From an uncultured SAR86 cluster bacterium (GTDB taxonomy: Bacteria > Pseudomonadota > Gammaproteobacteria > Magnimaribacterales > D2472): a stretch of 64,000 nucleotides of DNA. The notes under the pieces were generated by a model that saw nothing but the letters and a program-made list of their open reading frames with translations, had not been told where the DNA came from and ran no database searches. The DNA is taken from positions 18,490 through 82,489 of the forward strand of contig CACADH010000001.1 of assembly GCA_902531245.1 (NCBI GenBank). Direction: 5' to 3'. The position numbers were made by a program, and so were the translations under genes. Shown here in pieces: positions 30,429 through 38,049 of the stretch (the stretch's first letter is position 1; each line of letters opens with the position of its first letter).

Positions 30429-31193
30429 ATGAAATACTTTTTAAGCATGGCTTTGATGTTTAGTTTTATAGCTATAGCAGATGACCATGAAACACCAGAA
30501 TATAAATATGAACCAGATTGGAACAAGGCCGAATACTATATAGGTAATTTTAATGATAATAAAGATATTGACGATTTAGCCGCCTGGTATGGAAAATTTG
30601 CAAAATGGGCAGAAGGTCAAGGTGAAACTTATGACTCGATGACAGTTGCATTACTTCAACCATATTTTCATTCTGATATGAGTAGTGTTGATGTTATGTG
30701 GGTAAACACATGGCCAACCCCAGTAGCCCAATTTCAAGGTATGGAAACTTGGATTACAGGCGGAGGTCCAAAACTTCTTGAATCATTACCTGTCACAAAT
30801 AGTAGACAGGTAGATACATGGCAATGGGCTATATCATTACCTGCATCTATGGACGCTGGAAATATGATGTATGCTACTTATGCTGATTGTTCTTTAGAAG
30901 ATGGATATGATATGCGACAGGTATATGATCTATACAAAGATTTTGCAATTTTTGCTAAAACACAAGGCGATACTGTTGGTAGAAAAATGATCGTGCCAGC
31001 TGCTGGATACGTATTACCAGATGGAGTTGATTTCATAAGATTGATGTATATGTCATCAATCTCAGAGAGAGGAACGAGCCAAAAATTATATCAAGATAAA
31101 CTTGCTGACTCTGAAGCTTCAGCAAATTTAAAAGGTTTTTCATGTACTAATGCAAGATCATACTTTGGAATGTCGATGAGATCACCAAGTTAA
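30429..31193 (+). CDS. Secreted two-domain protein, same uncharacterised family as 15424 and 44680
   Basis: 254 aa with signal peptide ...FIAIA/DD and RBS AAGGGAG. The second domain carries YADCSLEDGY...GFSCTNARSYF, matching the family's Cys-pair pattern. Confidence 0.55.
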   Translation: MKYFLSMALMFSFIAIADDHETPEYKYEPDWNKAEYYIGNFNDNKDIDDLAAWYGKFAKWAEGQGETYDSMTVALLQPYFHSDMSSVDVMWVNTWPTPVAQFQGMETWITGGGPKLLESLPVTNSRQVDTWQWAISLPASMDAGNMMYATYADCSLEDGYDMRQVYDLYKDFAIFAKTQGDTVGRKMIVPAAGYVLPDGVDFIRLMYMSSISERGTSQKLYQDKLADSEASANLKGFSCTNARSYFGMSMRSPS

Positions 31194-31217
31194 ATATCAA
31201 TCTCATAATAAATTTAA

Positions 31218-31243
31218 AGGAGGCTTTATGCCTCCTTTTTTTT
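31218..31243 (+). terminator. Intrinsic terminator
   Basis: AGGAGGC-tttat-GCCTCCT followed by T8. Confidence 0.8.
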
Positions 31244-31263
31244 ATATAAGGCATAATAATTAT

Positions 31264-32394
31264 ATGAAAGATTATTCAAATTATATAAGTATTATTGGAG
31301 CAGGAATTGGCGGTCTTGCATTGGGGAATATTTTAAAAAAAAATGACATTCCTTGTGTAATTTTTGAAAAATCTGAAAAAATTAGTGAGTATGGAGCAGG
31401 AATTTCAATATCTCCCAATGGACTTAAAGTTTTAGAAAAATTGGATTTAGACAAAAGATTTAAAGAATTTTCAGCTCAACCAGAATATACAGTTTTCCAT
31501 TCAAATGACGAGATAATTACTGAGATTTCAACCAATGTAGTTACAAGTTTAAGAAAAAATCTTCATAATATTTTACTAGAAAATTATTTAGCATTAGACG
31601 GAGAAATTCTTTTTAATCATGAATTAGTTGATCTTGATCTAAAAGATAAAACTATTTATTTTTCTAACAATATAAAGAGCAATGTAAATCATATTGCTGC
31701 ATGTGATGGCATAAGGTCTATATGTCAAAAAAAATTATCTAGATCAAATAGCAAACCTGAATATAGCGGATATTCTGTATGGAGAACATTAATGTCATCC
31801 GATCAGAAGAAAATAAATTTTCATTTAGGATCTAATTTCCATGTAGTGAGTTATCCAGTAGATAAAAATAAAATAAGTTTAATAGCTGCTATCAAAGATA
31901 AAAATAAGTTTAATGAATCATGGAAAGAGAAAGGTAGTCTTGAAGATTTATTTTCTACAATACCATCCTCAATAATTGATATGTATCCAACTATAAAAGA
32001 TTCAAATGAAATATATAAATGGGGTGTTTATATAAGACCTAAAATAGAAAGTTTATATAATAATAATATTACCTTCATTGGGGACTCAGCTCATCCAATT
32101 GTGCCATTTTTAGGACAGGGAGGTTGTTTAGCGTTAGAGGACGCATACATTTTTGGCAATTTATTAAATAAATACAAAAATAATTTTAATAAAGCTCAAA
32201 ACAAATACCAGCAAGTTAGGATAAAGAGAATTAAATCAATAAATAATCAGTCATTAAATCAAGCAAAACTTAATCATTTAAGTAATCCTTTACTAATATT
32301 TGTTAGGAATATGCTTATGAAATATACAAATGTTATTTTTAATCGTACTAAAAATATTTGGTCATATGACATATCAAAAATTATAGACTTATGA
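31264..32394 (+). CDS. FAD-dependent aromatic-ring monooxygenase (salicylate hydroxylase / UbiH-like)
   Basis: 376 aa from the ATG at 31264, downstream of the terminator. It has IIGAGIGGLALG, the DG motif AACDGIRS and GDSAHPIVPFLGQGGCLALEDA. Confidence 0.85.
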   Translation: MKDYSNYISIIGAGIGGLALGNILKKNDIPCVIFEKSEKISEYGAGISISPNGLKVLEKLDLDKRFKEFSAQPEYTVFHSNDEIITEISTNVVTSLRKNLHNILLENYLALDGEILFNHELVDLDLKDKTIYFSNNIKSNVNHIAACDGIRSICQKKLSRSNSKPEYSGYSVWRTLMSSDQKKINFHLGSNFHVVSYPVDKNKISLIAAIKDKNKFNESWKEKGSLEDLFSTIPSSIIDMYPTIKDSNEIYKWGVYIRPKIESLYNNNITFIGDSAHPIVPFLGQGGCLALEDAYIFGNLLNKYKNNFNKAQNKYQQVRIKRIKSINNQSLNQAKLNHLSNPLLIFVRNMLMKYTNVIFNRTKNIWSYDISKIIDL

Positions 32395-32422
32395 AATATT
32401 CAATAATTGTTATAATTTAGCG

Positions 32423-34615
32423 ATGAAATTTCTTTCAAAATTATTTAATTCCAGCAAACATTCGTCAAAAGATATTAGTTTAAAAATTTCTTCAAGTTTA
32501 CAAGACTTTGTTAGAAACGAAATTTTACCAGGCTTGGATATATCTCCTGATTATTTTTGGAGCTCATTTGAAAATTTACTAAATAAATTTTCAGATAGAA
32601 ATAAAGATTTACTTAATAAAAGACAGGAGCTACAAGATCAGATAAGTGAATGGCATATTAAAAACAGGAATTCAGAATTTAATTTAGAGGAGTATAAGAA
32701 GTTTTTAAATGACATTGGATATCTTCATCAAAGAAGCGGTGATTTTACTATTAAAACATTTAATGTAGATCCAGAAATTAGAAAAATTGCAGGTCCTCAG
32801 TTAGTTGTACCTGTAATGAATGCAAGATTTGCATTAAATGCTGCAAATGCACGATGGGGCAGTTTATATGATGCATTGTATGGTACAAATATTATTGATG
32901 AGGAAGATGGAGCAAAAAGGGAGGGGGGTTATAACCCAGTAAGAGGTGAAAAGGTTATTGCTTTCGCTAAAAAATTTCTAGATGAAACAATTCCGATGGA
33001 AGAAGGCAGATATAACGATGCTATTAAATTTGAATTCATAGACAGTGAATTACTCATAACTTTAAAAGATGGTTCATGTGTGAGTTTAAAAGATAAAGAT
33101 CAGTATGTAGGCTATAAGGACAAGGGAGAAGGGGCATATGGCCTATTATTTAAAAATAATAATCTCCATTTTGAAATACAAATTGATAGATCAAGTCCAA
33201 TTGGTCAAGAGGATTTAGCAGGCATAAAAGATATTTTAATGGAGTCTGCAATAACAACAATACAAGATTGTGAAGATTCAGTAGCAGCAGTAGATGCAGA
33301 AGATAAGATTATCGTTTATAGAAATTGGTTGGGTCTGATGAAAAGCAATTTAAAGAGATCATTTGATAAGGGCGGCAAATTTATCACTAGAGAATTAAAT
33401 CCTGATAGAAAATATTTACTAAAGAATGGAAAGATGATACTTCTTCCTGGAAGAAGTCTAATGTTAGTTAGGAATGTTGGCCACTTAATGACTAATCCAG
33501 CTATTAAAGATAACAAAGGAAATGAAGTTCCAGAAGGAATAATGGATGCATTTTTTACAATATGTATATCAATACATGACATTATTGGCAATGGCATATA
33601 CAAAAATTCTAAGACAAAGAGCATATATATTGTAAAACCAAAAATGCATGGTCCAGATGAAGTTCAATTTACTTGTGATCTTTTTTCTGAAATAGAAAAG
33701 ATATTCAATCTACCTGAAAATACTGTCAAATTGGGTATTATGGATGAAGAGAGAAGAACAACTGTAAATCTCAAAGAATGTATAAAGGTTGCTAAACATA
33801 GAGTAATTTTCATTAATACTGGTTTTCTTGATAGAACAGGAGACGAAATTCACACCAGTATGGAAGCAGGACCAATGGTTACAAAGGCGGATATGAAAAA
33901 TGAAAAATGGATAAATGCATATGAGAATTGGAATGTTGACATAGGCCTAGAAACTGGATTTAAAGGAAATGCTCAAATAGGCAAAGGAATGTGGCCAATG
34001 CCAGATGAAATGTTAGAGATGTATAAAACTAAAACAATGCACCCTGAAGCAGGAGCTAATTGTGCATGGGTACCTTCACCAACAGCAGCAACAATTCATG
34101 CAATGCATTACCATCAGATATCTGTTCAAGATCAACAAGATAAAATCATCAATAGAGATAAAGCTAAATTGGATGATCTTCTTAATATACCTTTTTTGAA
34201 AAAAGATAAGTTGCCATCAAAAGAGGAAATAACTGCTGAATTAGAAAACAATGCTCAAGGTATATTGGGATACGTTGTTAGATGGGTAGATCAAGGAATA
34301 GGCTGTTCAAAGGTTCCTGACATTAATGATATTGGCCTAATGGAGGATAGAGCTACATGTAGAATATCTAGCCAACATATTTCAAATTGGCTTCATCATG
34401 GATTATGTTCAGAAGTTGAAGTTGTTGAGACTATGAAGAAAATGGCAAAAAAAGTTGATCAACAAAATAAAAATGATGTGAATTATAAAAAAATGGCTCC
34501 CTCATATGATGGAATAGCTTTTAAAGCTGCATGTGAACTTGCCATTAAAGGAAAATATCAACCAAGCGGATACACTGAACCAATTCTTCATGAGATGAGA
34601 CTAAGAAGAAAATAA
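32423..34615 (+). CDS. glcB: Malate synthase G
   Basis: 730 aa, the length of the G-type enzyme, with PQLVVPVMNARFALNAANARWGSLYDALYGT, GIMDEERRTT, GFLDRTGDEIHT and CAWVPSPTAATIHAMHYH. Confidence 0.95.
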   Translation: MKFLSKLFNSSKHSSKDISLKISSSLQDFVRNEILPGLDISPDYFWSSFENLLNKFSDRNKDLLNKRQELQDQISEWHIKNRNSEFNLEEYKKFLNDIGYLHQRSGDFTIKTFNVDPEIRKIAGPQLVVPVMNARFALNAANARWGSLYDALYGTNIIDEEDGAKREGGYNPVRGEKVIAFAKKFLDETIPMEEGRYNDAIKFEFIDSELLITLKDGSCVSLKDKDQYVGYKDKGEGAYGLLFKNNNLHFEIQIDRSSPIGQEDLAGIKDILMESAITTIQDCEDSVAAVDAEDKIIVYRNWLGLMKSNLKRSFDKGGKFITRELNPDRKYLLKNGKMILLPGRSLMLVRNVGHLMTNPAIKDNKGNEVPEGIMDAFFTICISIHDIIGNGIYKNSKTKSIYIVKPKMHGPDEVQFTCDLFSEIEKIFNLPENTVKLGIMDEERRTTVNLKECIKVAKHRVIFINTGFLDRTGDEIHTSMEAGPMVTKADMKNEKWINAYENWNVDIGLETGFKGNAQIGKGMWPMPDEMLEMYKTKTMHPEAGANCAWVPSPTAATIHAMHYHQISVQDQQDKIINRDKAKLDDLLNIPFLKKDKLPSKEEITAELENNAQGILGYVVRWVDQGIGCSKVPDINDIGLMEDRATCRISSQHISNWLHHGLCSEVEVVETMKKMAKKVDQQNKNDVNYKKMAPSYDGIAFKAACELAIKGKYQPSGYTEPILHEMRLRRK

Positions 34616-34616
34616 T

Positions 34617-34904
34617 ATGCCAAAAGGTTACTGGGTTGTAAGAGCAAATATTCATAATCAGGATGAATATTCTAAATATGTTTTAAAAGCTTCAGAAATA
34701 GTTAAAAAGAATTCTGGAACTTTCCTTGTAAGAGGCGGAAAGCAAACAGAATATGAGACAAAGGGATATAAAAGAACAGTTATTGTTGAATTCGATTCAT
34801 ATCAACATGCAATAGATTGTTATAACTCAGAAGAATATCAATCAGCTCTCAAACATGTTGAGGATTCATCTAATAGAATTTTTACTGTAGTAGAAGGAGT
34901 TTAA
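34617..34904 (+). CDS. DUF1330 domain protein
   Basis: 95 aa with PKGYWVV...Y...GTFLVRGG...VIVEFDSYQHAIDCYNSEEYQ, characteristic of DUF1330 (dimeric alpha/beta barrel). Confidence 0.8.
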   Translation: MPKGYWVVRANIHNQDEYSKYVLKASEIVKKNSGTFLVRGGKQTEYETKGYKRTVIVEFDSYQHAIDCYNSEEYQSALKHVEDSSNRIFTVVEGV

Positions 34905-36043
34905 ACTTTTTGTTTTTGAGTTTCGTCTCTATGTTTCTTTAAATATTTCATAAATGGAGTTCCGCCAGTCCCTCTTATAGTAGAACCGCCTGTACCAAAA
35001 GTATTTTTTATTTGTGCTTGTTTATGAATATAAGATGCTGCATATTCAAGATGTTGAGCTCTAAACTTTCTTATCTCTTCCAAACAAAGATTATACTCAT
35101 TCATTAATTTTTTAGATTTACTAATAAATTCTTTTGCATTTGACCTTTTTTCAACATCTTCAATCATCTTTCGATGTTTGGGAGGCATATAATCCCTCAT
35201 CTCATTTAAATAATGTCTCAAATTATCATTAGTATGATAAATACCAAGAGCTCCATCGAGTAATGGTATTATGCTGCTCTGTGCTCCAGTTTCTCCTCTA
35301 AAAAACTGTGGTTTATTATTAAACTGACCCTCATAAATTAAACCCTTTTTTAAGTCTGGATTATCTTTTGTGCCAAATATATAAGGTCTTACCCTATGAT
35401 AGTAAATATATGGATCACATTTTTCAGGCATTCTCGAAAAAATATTATTAACTTTTTTTAATGATTTAGATATTTTTTTAAGATAAATTGAAAAATCTTT
35501 TATTTTATGTTGCCTACTTAATTTTGATAACTTGATTGCTGCATCAATCGCTTCACTAGCAGCGTCTTCTATGCAAACATGGATTGTTACAAACCAGTCT
35601 TCATCAACACCTCCAAGAAAGTTATTGATTAGTGCCACATTATCTAAAGATATAGGTTCTTTGTTATCAATCTTATACCAGTTATCAAGACAATAACTTG
35701 CATAACTGAGAATAGGAGGTCTTCCAAGATATTTAGATAAAGTTACCCAGGGTTTAGCAATAACTTCAGGAAGTAATTTTTCAGGTTTATTACCACCCCA
35801 AATATATGCATGGGCAATAAAGCTTAAATGCGACATAGCAAGTTTAATTTCTTTTTCTTTTTTATTTTTTACAAGATAGTCAACAGATAAACTATTTTTA
35901 TTTAATTTTTTGATGGTAGTTTGAACCTTATTTGTTAAGAGCAACTTTGGAAGACGAGACGCAATTAAACCTATTTTTAATAACGAATCTCTCTTAGTTC
36001 TGTATTTTTTAACAGGAGGATTTCTCGGTAAAAAAGTGTACAT
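34901..36043 (-). CDS. Indoleamine 2,3-dioxygenase (IDO) family haem protein
   Basis: [61 protein letters not shown] and [19 protein letters not shown] align motif-for-motif with human IDO1, including the proximal His. The start is ambiguous (36043, 36064 or 36085). Confidence 0.85.
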   Translation of the reverse strand: [380 protein letters not shown]

Positions 36044-36129
36044 ATTTATATATATTTTATACATATAAATAGAAATAAATACCAATTTTTTATTTCATAA
36101 AAAAACTATAACTTTTTTTCAAAAAAGTG

Positions 36130-36157
36130 TTGACAAGATTTCTAGTAGGAGTAATAT
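36130..36157 (+). promoter_or_regulatory. Sigma70 promoter of the repeat-encoded RNA (TTGACA-16 nt-TAATAT), preceded by an A/T-rich UP-like tract
   Basis: Perfect -35 hexamer at 36130-36135 and a -10-like TAATAT at 36152-36157. The 12-bp palindrome AGTAATATTACT (36150-36161) overlaps the -10. Confidence 0.6.
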
Positions 36158-36164
36158 TACTAAT

Positions 36165-36385
36165 ACGGATGGCAACCGACTAGTGACCAACTGCAGACGG
36201 GAGACCTAGAGAGAAGCCAGAAGAAGAGACCGAAGGGTGAAAGCATTTACAAGAGTCGATGAGAAAAAATAGCTTGTAGATCCACCAAGGATTCAAGAGA
36301 AAGGATCCAAGGCGCTAAAGAAAATCTCACTTTAGACCCCTGAGGAATCGAACTAAGAAAACAGAGCAAGCCTCTGTTTTTTTTT
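36165..36385 (+). ncRNA. Candidate structured small RNA of unassigned family, copy 1 (~221 nt)
   Basis: It lies between its own promoter and the terminator ACAGAG-caagc-CTCTGT plus T9 (36361-36385). It is purine-rich and GC-richer than its surroundings, with no ORF above ~11 codons. Local stems: TACAAG/CTTGTA, GATCC/GGATC and CTAAAG/CTTTAG. The 5-prime end is inferred from the promoter only. Confidence 0.55.
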
Positions 36386-36477
36386 GCCTAAAATTTCTTT
36401 AAAACCATAAAACTTTATTACAAAGAAGCATTTATAAATTGGTACAATATGCCTTAAATTCAAATACATAGGGAAAT

Positions 36478-38043
36478 ATGTTTAATACTTTAGATTGGAT
36501 AATCGTTGGATTATATTGTGTTGGGATAATTTCATTAGCAACATATGTATCAAGAAATAAATCAGGTTCAGAAAGAAGTGCAGAGGATTATTTTTTAGCA
36601 GGAAGATCTCTCCCATGGTGGGCAATTGGCGCATCATTAATTGCTGCTAATATTTCTGCAGAACAAATTATTGGGATGTCAGGTCAAGGATTTGTTGTTG
36701 GTATGGCAATAGCAGTTTGGGAGTTAACTGCTGCGATAGCTTTAATTGTTATGGCTAAATATTTTTTACCTTTATTTTTAGAAAAAAAGATTTATACAAT
36801 GCCACAATTTCTAGAGCAAAGATTTGATAAAAGAGTAAGCTTAGTCTTATCTTTCTTTTGGCTGACTGTTTATATATTTGTTAATTTAACAGCAGTGCTT
36901 TGGTTGGGATCAATAGCAATTAATACACTTACAGGATTATCCCTAGTAAACGGAATGATTTTGCTTGCAGCTTTATCATTAGCATACTCTTTATCAGGCG
37001 GTCTTAAAGCTGTCGCAATGACAGATATTGTTCAAGTAGTTCTTCTTATTTTTGGCGGCTTAGCAGTTTCATACATCGCTTTAACAAAAATTGGTAATGG
37101 ATATATTGGAGATGGAATGCTTGAAGTTTATCAACAGATGCCTGAAAAGTTTGACATGATTTTATCACCAGATAATCCCTCCTATAACAATCTTCCTGGA
37201 ATATGGATTTTAATTGGAGCTGGAGTTTGGATAGGTCATTTTGCATATTGGGGATTTAATCAATACATTACACAAAGAGCTCTTGGGGCAAAATCTATTA
37301 AAGAGGCTCAAAAAGGCGTTATGTTTGCAGCTTATTTAAAACTGCTAATGCCATTGGTGATTGTTCTTCCAGGTATTTGTGCAGCTGTTCTTTTCCCAGT
37401 CCTTGAGAAAACAGATCAAGCATACCCAACTATGATGATTGAATTATTGCCAAGTGGTTTATTAGGTTTAACTTTTGCTGCTTTAATTGCAGCAGTTGTT
37501 TCTTCATTAGCATCGATGACAAACAGTATAAGTACAATTTTTACAATGGATATATGTAGATCATTTTCTAAAAATGAAATATCTCAATCTTCATTAATTA
37601 AAATTGGTAGAAGTTCAGTTGTAGGATCTATGTTGATTGCTTTAGTAATGGCAAAACCAATTCTTGGAAACTCAGACCAAATATTTCAATATATTCAAAA
37701 TTTTACCGGATTATTTACACCTGGAATTTTAGTAATATTTTTAGTTGCTTTATTTTGGAAAAAAGCGACAACTCTTTCTGTGTTAATTGCAGCAATTCTC
37801 TCTGTTGTAATGTCTGTTTTCATTCAGGCATTATTTCCAGAATTTCCTTACATCCATAGAATGGGTGCAGTTTTCTTTGCCTCTGGCTTAGGATGCTATT
37901 TAACTTCTCGAGCTCAAGGATATTTAGATCAAGAAAAGGCAATAGATTTAGCTGGGATAGATTTTTCAACTACCAAAGCCTTTAATATAAATACATTAAT
38001 AATCGTATCTGTATTAACTTTAATTTATATAACTCTAGGATAA
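36478..38043 (+). CDS. Sodium:solute symporter (SSS family, SGLT-like)
   Basis: 521 aa with 13-14 TM helices and FLAGRSLPWWAIGASLIAANISAEQIIGMSG, typical of SSS sugar transporters. Confidence 0.9.
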   Translation: MFNTLDWIIVGLYCVGIISLATYVSRNKSGSERSAEDYFLAGRSLPWWAIGASLIAANISAEQIIGMSGQGFVVGMAIAVWELTAAIALIVMAKYFLPLFLEKKIYTMPQFLEQRFDKRVSLVLSFFWLTVYIFVNLTAVLWLGSIAINTLTGLSLVNGMILLAALSLAYSLSGGLKAVAMTDIVQVVLLIFGGLAVSYIALTKIGNGYIGDGMLEVYQQMPEKFDMILSPDNPSYNNLPGIWILIGAGVWIGHFAYWGFNQYITQRALGAKSIKEAQKGVMFAAYLKLLMPLVIVLPGICAAVLFPVLEKTDQAYPTMMIELLPSGLLGLTFAALIAAVVSSLASMTNSISTIFTMDICRSFSKNEISQSSLIKIGRSSVVGSMLIALVMAKPILGNSDQIFQYIQNFTGLFTPGILVIFLVALFWKKATTLSVLIAAILSVVMSVFIQALFPEFPYIHRMGAVFFASGLGCYLTSRAQGYLDQEKAIDLAGIDFSTTKAFNINTLIIVSVLTLIYITLG

Positions 38044-38049
38044 TTTTTT

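Larger units (their letters stand above)
36099..36397 (+). repeat. 299-bp direct repeat, copy 1 (100% identical to 45572..45870)
   Basis: Base-by-base comparison of the two stretches shows identity from A7CTATAAC... through ...GCCTAAAATTTC. The flanks diverge immediately on both sides. Confidence 0.95.

Noticed and set aside
36194-36245. Glycine-riboswitch-like strings (GGGAGA ... ACCGAAGGGTGAAA) inside the repeat
   Set aside because: The intervening segment is almost pure purine and cannot form the P2 hairpin. The CUCAGGCAAAAGGAC-type 3-prime motif is absent. Copy 2 has no downstream gene to regulate. I also compared the cobalamin, TPP, c-di-GMP, lysine and glmS cores mentally and none fitted.
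36165-36385. The repeat-encoded RNA as 6S RNA, tmRNA, RNase P RNA or SRP RNA
   Set aside because: The 5-prime and 3-prime ends are not complementary, so there is no long closing helix as in 6S. There is no tRNA-like end or tag ORF, no GAGGAAAGUCC-type P4 element, and the size is wrong for 4.5S.
36099-36397. The 299-bp repeat read as an IS element, MITE, or attL/attR pair of an integrated island
   Set aside because: It has no terminal inverted repeats, no target-site duplication and no transposase or integrase anywhere in the window. The repeat does not include any part of the adjacent tRNA. Its internal promoter-body-terminator organisation fits an RNA gene better.
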